31,327 nucleotides of DNA from a virus (Duplodnaviria > Caudoviricetes): positions 1 through 31,327 of the IMG/VR virus record IMGVR_UViG_3300025718_000024. One strand, written 5' to 3'. The notes under the pieces are model-generated. The model was not told where the DNA came from and ran no database searches. It worked only from the letters and a program-made list of their open reading frames with translations. Position numbers and translations under genes: made by a program. Below are positions 1-6,735 of the stretch, piece by piece; the first letter of the stretch is position 1, and each line of letters opens with the position of its first letter.

Positions 1-162
1 CCGGGTGGAGTCGCCGCTGGCACCGATCCGGGTGGAGTCGCCGCTGGCACCGATCCGGGTGGAGTGGCCGCTGGCACCGATCCGGGTGTAGTGGCCGCTG
101 GCACCGATCCGGGTGGAGTGGCCGCTGGCACCGATCCGGGTGGAGTCGCCGCTGGCACCGAT
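1..162. repeat. 27-bp coding tandem repeat, at least 6 copies
   Basis: CCGGGTG(G/T)AGT(C/G)GCCGCTGGCACCGAT starts at 1, 28, 55, 82, 109 and 136, with no spacers. Confidence 0.97.
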
Positions 163-519
163 CTGGGAATTACGTGTGCCCCCGTCGTTGGTTGCCGTCG
201 GAGCATCGGTGCCCAGCTCTTCCGCGGTTGGCACCTCCAACGTCAAGGCCTTGGTTTCTGCAATGATCTCCAAGGCCTCGGCCTTGTGATCAGCAGTTAC
301 GTCCAACGTGATCGAAGGGTTCTCCAGGATGGTGTTGACCCAGACCTTGTCGGTCAGCCAGCGCGCATCGTCGAAACGCTTGTCTTCGCGCAGGGCTTTT
401 TGCACGGCCGTGTACTCGGCCCCCTGGGGGAACTTGGCGAGAAACCATTTGTAGCCGTCAGAGCACGGGCTCCAGGGCTTGAGCAGATCCTTGGTGATTT
501 GCAGGGGGGTATGTGGCAT
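1..519 (-). CDS. Phage early protein with tandem IGASG(D/H)(S/Y)TR nonapeptide repeats; 3' end beyond the window edge
   Basis: Absent from the ORF track because it has no stop in the window. ATG at 519 (minus) with AGGAG RBS. Reads MPHTPLQITKDLLKPWSPCSDGYKWFLAKFPQGAEY...NSQIGASGDSTRIGASGHSTR... and stays open to position 1. Confidence 0.85.
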   Translation of the reverse strand, partial: MPHTPLQITKDLLKPWSPCSDGYKWFLAKFPQGAEYTAVQKALREDKRFDDARWLTDKVWVNTILENPSITLDVTADHKAEALEIIAETKALTLEVPTAEELGTDAPTATNDGGTRNSQIGASGDSTRIGASGHSTRIGASGHYTRIGASGHSTRIGASGDSTRIGASGDSTR

Positions 520-540
520 GTGGAACTCCTGTTTAGTTGG

Positions 541-623
541 TACGCATTTAATTGCGTAGTTGAATTAGATCACAACTAAAGCGTAGTCCACAAGCTATTT
601 GTTGAATTATGCGTAGTATTCAA
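541..623. promoter_or_regulatory. Putative leftward early promoter/operator region (OL-like)
   Basis: AT-rich. Palindrome TACGCA-N6-TGCGTA at 541-558; GCGTAGT at 554, 581 and 611; CACAACTAAA (571-580) recurs inverted at 1590-1599. Confidence 0.6.
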
Positions 624-627
624 ACGT

Positions 628-652
628 AAAAAAGCCAGCGCGAAGGCTGGCT
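628..652 (-). terminator. Intrinsic terminator downstream of the repressor locus
   Basis: Minus strand reads AGCCAGC-cttcgc-GCTGGCT followed by a T run, just after the stop at 673. Confidence 0.85.
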
Positions 653-672
653 GTGTGTTGAGTGCTACTACT

Positions 673-1047
673 TTAAGAGCTAAATAAATCTTCTGACGGG
701 GCTATTTCCCACTCTTCTATCGTTTGGGCCGCTTCTTGGGCCGTCGGTACGATCGCCAGCTCGATCCCCATGTGGTTCGCTTCGACGCGGTGGCGCGCAT
801 GGTGTGGATCGCCAACGACGATTAGCCCATACCTCCTCGGACGGTCCGCATCCTGCCGTTGCATCATGGCGATTCGATACAACTTTCGGTAAAACCCGGG
901 CGGGAGCATGTTCAGGCTTTGATGTGGCGCCACGGAGATCTCGGCCACCACCTTGGGGCTCACATAGTCGTAGCGCAGCCGCTTGTTCCCGATCGTCATG
1001 GGCACCTCAAGGAACTGGCGCAAATCAGGGCGAAGATGCGCCCCCAC
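673..1047 (-). CDS. Probable C-terminal part of the repressor, out of frame with the HTH part across a C17 tract
   Basis: This frame stays open upstream to the homopolymer (PKTRFPKDLSPEEIEASVGAHLRPD...) and has no obvious RBS of its own. A C18 or C15 tract would fuse it with the ORF starting at 1466. Confidence 0.65.
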   Translation of the reverse strand: MGAHLRPDLRQFLEVPMTIGNKRLRYDYVSPKVVAEISVAPHQSLNMLPPGFYRKLYRIAMMQRQDADRPRRYGLIVVGDPHHARHRVEANHMGIELAIVPTAQEAAQTIEEWEIAPSEDLFSS

Positions 1048-1466
1048 CGAGGCCTCGATCTCTTCGGGCGAGAGATCCTTGGGAAACCGCGTCTTAGGGG
1101 GGGGGGGGGGGGGCGATGCTCCTCCGGAAGCGGCGGGTTTTCCTGCTCCATCGTGTCGGGCTGAGGCTTGAATATTTGCCTGCGCACTGGGTAGACTGTT
1201 TCACCTTGAAACGTCCCGACCATGGTTGGGGTGTCCCCTCGGGCGTGGGCCTTCCCTACCTCGCTATCCGGCCCCAGGATTTCAAGCAATCGCGCCATGC
1301 GCTTACCCGGCACCTTACCGCGGGACTTCCAGCTGCTGATGGCCTGCTCTGTTAGGGGCTGTTCTCCCTGCTCTGTGAGCTTGGCGGCCAGTTCCCGCTG
1401 TGATAGGCCCTTGCGGGCGAGGTCTGTCTCCAGCAGGTAGGCGAAGCTTGGCAAAGATTTGTCCAT
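996..1466 (-). CDS. cI: CI-like XRE/HTH phage repressor (N-terminal part; frameshifted at the C17 tract)
   Basis: HTH motif LSQRELAAKL...LTEQAISSWKSRGKVP, GGAG RBS, divergent from a cro-like gene. Confidence 0.8.
   Translation of the reverse strand: MDKSLPSFAYLLETDLARKGLSQRELAAKLTEQGEQPLTEQAISSWKSRGKVPGKRMARLLEILGPDSEVGKAHARGDTPTMVGTFQGETVYPVRRQIFKPQPDTMEQENPPLPEEHRPPPPPLRRGFPRISRPKRSRPRWGRIFALICASSLRCP
1097..1113. repeat. G17/C17 homopolymer inside the repressor gene
   Basis: 17 consecutive G on the + strand. Confidence 0.95.
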
Positions 1467-1625
1467 GCGGTATCTCCACTAAAAGGTTGATTCTAAAGCG
1501 GAGCGGTCCGCAAAGCTATAACGCGCCCCGCATCAATCTCCGCTTGATATTTGCGTAGTCAACAGCTTTTTGCGTTAACATAGGTTTAGTTTAGTTGTGT
1601 AGTTAAACAATTCAAGGACGTAGAG
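1467..1625. promoter_or_regulatory. Divergent cI/cro promoter-operator region (OR-like)
   Basis: AT-rich intergenic region. TTGCGTAGTCAA at 1551-1562 (TTGACT on the minus strand) and TTGTGTAGTTAA near 1596; motifs shared with 541-623. Confidence 0.65.
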
Positions 1626-1853
1626 ATGTTGAGAAAAATCAAGAAACCCACCGGAATCAGCACCGCCTGTGAGGCTGCCGGTAACCAGGCGCGCTTGGCC
1701 GAAGGCCTGGGCGTGACACAGCAGGCGGTGAGCGCCTGGGTGCGCCAGGGCTGGGTCCCCTTGCACCGCGCCAAAGAGATTGAGGCCCTTTACGGTGTGC
1801 CGCGCTCCAAGACGATGAACCCGCGCGTGGCCGACCTGGTCAGTCAAGTCTGA
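1626..1853 (+). CDS. cro: Cro-like (YdaS family) HTH regulator
   Basis: 75 aa, AGNQARLAEGLGVTQQAVSAWVRQGWVP; divergent from the repressor. Confidence 0.85.
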   Translation: MLRKIKKPTGISTACEAAGNQARLAEGLGVTQQAVSAWVRQGWVPLHRAKEIEALYGVPRSKTMNPRVADLVSQV

Positions 1854-1859
1854 CCAGAC

Positions 1860-2579
1860 ATGACCAAGTCTCGTAACCTTCAGGCGCCGCGCCGGCTGTG
1901 GACGCCCGCCGAGCTCGAGCTGCTGCGCGAGCTGTACCCCGACGTGCTGGCCACCGACGTGGCTGCGCTGCTGGACCGGCCGGTGGGCCAGATCCACCAG
2001 ACCGCGGCCCGCCATGGGCTCAAAAAGAGCGAAGCGTTCTTCAAGAGCGACTACTCCGCCCGCGTCCAGCGCGGTCAGCAGAACGAGGCCATGAAGCGCG
2101 GCCGCTTCAAACTTGGCCTGGTGCCGTGGAACGCCGGCATGAAAGGCTGGAGCCCGCCGGGGGCCGAGCGCACCCAGTTCAAAAAGGGCGAGATGCGAGG
2201 CGCGGCCCAACATAACTGGGTGCCTGTGGGCAGCTACCGCATCACCACATCCGACCAGATCCTGCAGCAGAAGACTTCGGACCAACCCGGCCCGAGCTGC
2301 TACCGCTGGACGCCCGTGGCGCGCCTGGTGTGGGAGGCCACGCACGGCCCGATCGCCAAGGGCTTGCTGGTCGTATTCAAGTCCGGACGCAAGACCGTCA
2401 AGCTTGAGGAGATAACCATCGACCGGCTGGAGTGCATCAGCCGTGCCGAGAACGCCAGGCGCAACCACCCGCGCAGCAGCAACCCCGAGCTGGCCAAGCT
2501 GGTGCAACTCAAAGGCGCGATCACGCGCCAGGTCAACCGAATCACCCGTGAACATGAACAACAAGGACAAACAACATGA
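1860..2579 (+). CDS. HNH-endonuclease-like DNA-binding protein with degenerate HNH motif
   Basis: N-terminal WTPAELELLRELYP, two NUMOD-like FK(L/K)G...(P/H)(W/N) motifs, and RLVWEATHGPIAKGLLVVFKSG...LECISRAEN resembling HNH_3. Confidence 0.7.
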   Translation: MTKSRNLQAPRRLWTPAELELLRELYPDVLATDVAALLDRPVGQIHQTAARHGLKKSEAFFKSDYSARVQRGQQNEAMKRGRFKLGLVPWNAGMKGWSPPGAERTQFKKGEMRGAAQHNWVPVGSYRITTSDQILQQKTSDQPGPSCYRWTPVARLVWEATHGPIAKGLLVVFKSGRKTVKLEEITIDRLECISRAENARRNHPRSSNPELAKLVQLKGAITRQVNRITREHEQQGQTT

Positions 2580-2866
2580 CTACCTCTCCTCACATCAATG
2601 AACTCCGCCAGCACCTGATGGACACCCTGGCCGACCTTCGCAACCGCGATAACCCCATGGAGCCCGACCGTGCCCGCGCGGTGGCCCAGGTGGCCAGCGT
2701 GTTGATCGACACGGCCAAGGTGGAAAACGAATACCTCAAGATGACCGGACAAGACCGTTCGGCCTTCCTGGAGCAGCCTGACGAGATTGGTGGTGTGCCG
2801 CGCATCGGGTCGTCGTCCGCGAACAACCCGTTCCCGACCTCGGTAGTTCATCGCCTGCAGGGGTAG
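2576..2866 (+). CDS. Phage hypothetical protein coupled to the HNH-like gene
   Basis: ATGA overlap, AAGGA RBS, LRQHLMDTLADLR...RARAVAQVASVLIDTAKVE. Confidence 0.8.
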   Translation: MTTSPHINELRQHLMDTLADLRNRDNPMEPDRARAVAQVASVLIDTAKVENEYLKMTGQDRSAFLEQPDEIGGVPRIGSSSANNPFPTSVVHRLQG

Positions 2867-2869
2867 GGC

Positions 2870-3082
2870 ATGGGCTCTGGAATTGACATTGCTAAAGCAG
2901 ATTCGCCCCTGCACGCGCAGGTCCTGGAGAACTTCCGGGACCAGCTGCTGATCGCCCTGCTGCGCCGCAACGGCCCAATCGTCACCGTGCCGATCGCCGA
3001 GGTCGATGAGACCGGTGGCTACGTCGTGCTCATGAGCGTCGCTGACGGAAATTTCAACTTTGAAGTGAGACGCAAACAATGA
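2870..3082 (+). CDS. Small hypothetical protein
   Basis: Tightly packed in the operon; stop overlaps the next ATG. Confidence 0.7.
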   Translation: MGSGIDIAKADSPLHAQVLENFRDQLLIALLRRNGPIVTVPIAEVDETGGYVVLMSVADGNFNFEVRRKQ

Positions 3083-3381
3083 GCCTGACCACAGACCCCA
3101 ACGATCCACGCCTGACGCGTGGCAACGACGCCGAGCCGGTTGACCAGGCGCCGGTCTATCTGATACTGAGTGCGGAGGAACGCGCCAAAGGCTTTGTCCG
3201 CCCGGTGCGTTCGTCCTATATCCATAAGGAATGCGGTGTCAGCACACGCATGGGCCTGGGCCTGGCTGAGACCTATGCACGCGATCCCAAGTTTTATGGT
3301 GGCACCTACTGCACCCAGTGCCGCATGCACCGCCCTGTATCCGAGTTCAACTGGATGGATGGGCAGGAGGTCGGATCGTGA
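3079..3381 (+). CDS. Putative zinc-binding phage protein
   Basis: HKEC...CTQC (HxxC/CxxC) motifs; ATGA overlap. Confidence 0.75.
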   Translation: MSLTTDPNDPRLTRGNDAEPVDQAPVYLILSAEERAKGFVRPVRSSYIHKECGVSTRMGLGLAETYARDPKFYGGTYCTQCRMHRPVSEFNWMDGQEVGS

Positions 3382-3623
3382 CCACACCCGGAAAGAAGAT
3401 CGTCAAGCTGCAGGTCAACGCCAAGGGCTCCTGGCGTGACGTGATCACGTTCGACGTGAAGGATGAAGCCGAGGTGCTGCACGCCGCGACTGAGTTATTC
3501 AAGTGGGACACCCACGCCCGCGGGCTGTCGCTGCGCGTGATCATCCCGGGCGACACTGCGCCGCTCTTGGTTTGTAGCCCTGTCGAAGGCGAATGGAAAA
3601 CATGGTGGAGGTCGCGCGCGTGA
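3378..3623 (+). CDS. Hypothetical protein
   Basis: Start re-called to GTG 3378 (GGAGG RBS, GTGA overlap with the previous stop). Confidence 0.7.
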   Translation: MTTPGKKIVKLQVNAKGSWRDVITFDVKDEAEVLHAATELFKWDTHARGLSLRVIIPGDTAPLLVCSPVEGEWKTWWRSRA

Positions 3624-5752
3624 TGACTCAACCCAAGACCCCCCCGTTGCAGGCCTTCAACCCTGACAACATCCCCGAGAGTCTCACAGCCAACGCCCGC
3701 TGGGCGCCCTGGAAAGCGGTCTGGTCCGAGAAGCGCCAGAAGTACGACAAGATCCCGCACCTGTGCCTGGCGCCGTATTACGGCATCAGCACGGCCAAAC
3801 CCGACCGCTGGGGCACCTTTGCCCAGGCGTTGAAGGCCTACAACGACAACCCCAGCATGTTCGCCGGCCTGGGTTACGTCATGACCAACCCCCACGGCGT
3901 CATCGCGATTGACCTGGACAACTGCGTCCAGGACAACACGATCGCGGACTGGGCGCGCGAGATCATCGACCGGGCCGACAGCTACACCGAGCTGTCACCG
4001 TCAGGCAAGGGCCTGCGCATCATGGCCCTGGGCGAGATCCCGAACGACTGGACCAACCATGAGATCGGCATTGAGGTTTATGCCGGCCACCAGCCTCGTT
4101 TTTTGACCATTACCGGGCAAAAATTGAAGGTCTCCCGGCCTGGCGTGAGCGCCCCGGGGGCTGAGGTGTTCAGCGAGCTCAGCACGCGCTATGCCAAGAG
4201 CAAGACCACGGCCACTGTCATCAGCATGCAGTTGCCCGACATCCTGGACGAGATGGTGCTGCCTTCACTTGACAGCTTGCCGCTGTCCACCAGCACGGTG
4301 AAGTTCCTGACTACTGGCGAGACCAGTGGCGACCGTTCGCTGGCGCTGTTCGCGGCGGCCATTGGCCTGTACAACGCCGGGCTGACAGACGAGGAAGTGT
4401 TCAGCATGCTGGCGCTGAACCCGTTCACGATGGAGGTCGCCCTGGACCATCGCCGCCAGGACAGCGACCGGGCGTTGATGTACTTGTGGGTGGAGTCGTG
4501 CCAGAAGGGCAAAGCCAAGTCCACACCGGTGGCCGGCCTGGCCGACTTCGAGAACCTGGCACCACCTGCAGCACCGATCGTACCGTCGATTGACGCTCAA
4601 TATGCGGAGCTTACCGGAAGTGTGGACGACTTCGACGACTGCACAAATGAGGCTCTAGCCCCCATACCTAGTACGCCAGCAGCTACACAAACAATAGCAA
4701 CCAAGATTAACCGTTTTGGTGTCCAGCCCCTGGGATCTTTCGCCGGCGGCAAACCCCTGGGTTACCTGATCAAGGGCCTCTTGCCCAAGGCCGAGATCAT
4801 CGTGCTGTACGGTGAGTCGGGCTCCGGCAAATCGTTCATGGCGCTGGACCTGGGGATGGCCATGGCGCGGGGCATACCGTGGCGCGGCCTGCGCGTCAAG
4901 CAGGGCCGCCAGGTCTACATAGCGGCCGAAGGCGCGGGGGGCTTTCGCAACCGGGTGAACGCCTACGCACGGCACCACGGCATAAGCCTGGACGAGCTGA
5001 ACGCCTTAGGCGAGCACTTCGGGGTGATCAGCGCAGCCCCCAACTTCATGATCAAAGACGACGTGCTCGAGGTCTGCAAGGAAATCCTGGTGGGCGGTCC
5101 CGTGGCTGTGGTCTGGGTGGACACCTGGGCCCAGGTGCTGCCTGGTGCCAACGAGAACGCAGGTGAGGACATTGGCAAGGCGCTGCAGCACTGCAAGGGC
5201 ATCCACAAGGCCACCGGGGCAGTGGTCATCCTGGTGCACCACTCCGGCAAGGATGCCAGCAAGGGGGCTCGCGGTTGGTCAGGGTTGAAGGCTGCGGCCG
5301 ATGCGGAGCTGGAGGTGTCGCGGATGGACACGGGGCGCAAGCTCAAGGCATCCAAGCAAAAGGACGGCCAGGATGGCCTTGAGTGGGGCTTTGATTTGCC
5401 TATCGTGGGCATCGGCACCGATGAGGACGGCGACGTGATAACCAGTTGCGTGGTGTCGGACATACCGGTGCCGGAGAAAGCCAAAGGTGGGGCTGGGGCC
5501 AACAAGGGCGACGGGCCGTGGGGTGGTCGGGCTCGTGAAGCGCTCACCACCTTCGCATTGGCGCAGAGCTCAGGCATCGAGCGCAAGGCGGTGCTAGAGG
5601 AGATGCTTCGCCTAACCCCACCTGACGACCGCACGCCAAACTCTAAAAAAGTGGCTAGCGCGGCGCTCAAAAAGCTGTTGGCAGACCCCGAAAGTGGGTT
5701 CTCGATAGACGATGACGATGGTGGCGACGGGTCTATCTACGTCAACGGGTAA
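3623..5752 (+). CDS. Primase-polymerase (NrS-1-like) fused to a RepA/AAA_25-type helicase
   Basis: N-terminal IDLD and YTELSPSGKGLRI motifs; C-terminal Walker A GESGSGKS, Walker B VVWVDT and LVHHSGKD. Start is ATG 3623 or GTG 3620. Confidence 0.88.
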   Translation: MTQPKTPPLQAFNPDNIPESLTANARWAPWKAVWSEKRQKYDKIPHLCLAPYYGISTAKPDRWGTFAQALKAYNDNPSMFAGLGYVMTNPHGVIAIDLDNCVQDNTIADWAREIIDRADSYTELSPSGKGLRIMALGEIPNDWTNHEIGIEVYAGHQPRFLTITGQKLKVSRPGVSAPGAEVFSELSTRYAKSKTTATVISMQLPDILDEMVLPSLDSLPLSTSTVKFLTTGETSGDRSLALFAAAIGLYNAGLTDEEVFSMLALNPFTMEVALDHRRQDSDRALMYLWVESCQKGKAKSTPVAGLADFENLAPPAAPIVPSIDAQYAELTGSVDDFDDCTNEALAPIPSTPAATQTIATKINRFGVQPLGSFAGGKPLGYLIKGLLPKAEIIVLYGESGSGKSFMALDLGMAMARGIPWRGLRVKQGRQVYIAAEGAGGFRNRVNAYARHHGISLDELNALGEHFGVISAAPNFMIKDDVLEVCKEILVGGPVAVVWVDTWAQVLPGANENAGEDIGKALQHCKGIHKATGAVVILVHHSGKDASKGARGWSGLKAAADAELEVSRMDTGRKLKASKQKDGQDGLEWGFDLPIVGIGTDEDGDVITSCVVSDIPVPEKAKGGAGANKGDGPWGGRAREALTTFALAQSSGIERKAVLEEMLRLTPPDDRTPNSKKVASAALKKLLADPESGFSIDDDDGGDGSIYVNG

Positions 5753-5785
5753 TTATTTACATGCAATTTTTAGCTAATTCAGATT

Positions 5786-5910
5786 GGAACAAGCAGAACA
5801 AGCAGCTATTTATGCCTGTTCCTGTTCTGCTTGTTCCTTCCGTGCAGTGCTGGAACAGGAACAAGCAGGGTCAGGGGTCTAGGGAACCTGACCTGCTTGT
5901 TCCATCAGCA
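5786..5910. repeat. Nested inverted/direct repeats of GAACAAGCAG; candidate replication origin
   Basis: 15-bp perfect inverted repeat 5786-5800/5823-5837 and 12-bp inverted repeat 5858-5869/5892-5903, with AT-rich flanks, directly after the primase-helicase. The repeats are certain; the origin role is inferred. Confidence 0.75.
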
Positions 5911-6002
5911 CCGGGCTATTCCATTTGAGTACGTTATTTTTTACACGCCCCACGTTTTGAAAGTCTCCAAATGAACGAGCAAATTTTTACAAGGTTGGTG
6001 CT

Positions 6003-6242
6003 ATGACCATCAGGTTTGTCGGGGTGAACGAATTGGGCCGAAGGGTGGGGGAGAGCCACAGCAACTCCAAGCTGACCAACCACGACGTGGAGCTGCTGCT
6101 GGTCTTCCACGACGAAGGGTGGGGCTATCGCAAGCTGTCCGCCAAGTTCGAGATCAGCAAGAGCCAGGTGCGCAACATCGTGAAGGGCCTGCGACGCAGC
6201 CAGGTGGCGACAGCTTGGAGGAAGGTGCACGTAAGCGATTGA
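6003..6242 (+). CDS. Small HTH DNA-binding protein; candidate late-gene regulator
   Basis: GESHSNSKLT...GWGYRKLSAKFEISKSQVRNIVKG HTH; located between replication and packaging genes. Confidence 0.75.
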   Translation: MTIRFVGVNELGRRVGESHSNSKLTNHDVELLLVFHDEGWGYRKLSAKFEISKSQVRNIVKGLRRSQVATAWRKVHVSD

Positions 6243-6256
6243 GCCCGGGCCAAAGT
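6224..6256 (+). promoter_or_regulatory. Putative late promoter, copy 1
   Basis: GGTGCACGTAA-N16-CAAAGT upstream of terS. Confidence 0.7.
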
Positions 6257-6264
6257 CGCAGGCC

Positions 6265-6735
6265 ATGTACCCAGACCGAGAAATCCTGATCGCTGAAATC
6301 TGCACGCGGCTTGCTTCGGGTGAACCGATGGCGCAAATTTGCCGCGATATGCACATGCCGGACCGGACGGTGGTGTTCGATTGGGCCAAAGCAGACGCTG
6401 ACATTTCCCAACGCATCGCACGCGCACGAGAACTGGGCTTTGACCACATTGCAGACGACTGCCTGACCATTGCCGATACACCCCAGATTGGCGTCGAGGA
6501 GAAGGTCACGCCGGCTGTCAAGAACCAGGACGGCGACGTGGTGGTGCCAGAGCAGATCGAGGTGAAGCGCGGCGACATGCTGGGCCATCGTAAGCTGCAG
6601 ATCGAGACCAGGCTGAAGCTGCTAGCCAAGTGGGATCCGAAGCGCTACGGTGAGAAGCAGCAGGTCGAGCACACGGGCCAGGTGGACGTGGTGAACACGC
6701 TGCTCGAGGCCCGAAAGCGCAGTGGCCTCGTCTAA
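6265..6735 (+). CDS. terS: Terminase small subunit
   Basis: EICTRLASGEPMAQIC...ARARELG...KLQIETRLKLLAKWDPKRYGEK (Sf6 gp1-like); precedes terL. Confidence 0.88.
   Translation: MYPDREILIAEICTRLASGEPMAQICRDMHMPDRTVVFDWAKADADISQRIARARELGFDHIADDCLTIADTPQIGVEEKVTPAVKNQDGDVVVPEQIEVKRGDMLGHRKLQIETRLKLLAKWDPKRYGEKQQVEHTGQVDVVNTLLEARKRSGLV

Noticed and set aside
1-162. CRISPR array
   Set aside because: Repeats are contiguous with no unique spacers, and the 27-bp unit is in frame within a protein.
64-579. Plus-strand 171-aa ORF (AAGTDPGGV repeats)
   Set aside because: Shadow of the minus-strand gene, which has a strong RBS and fits the leftward operon.
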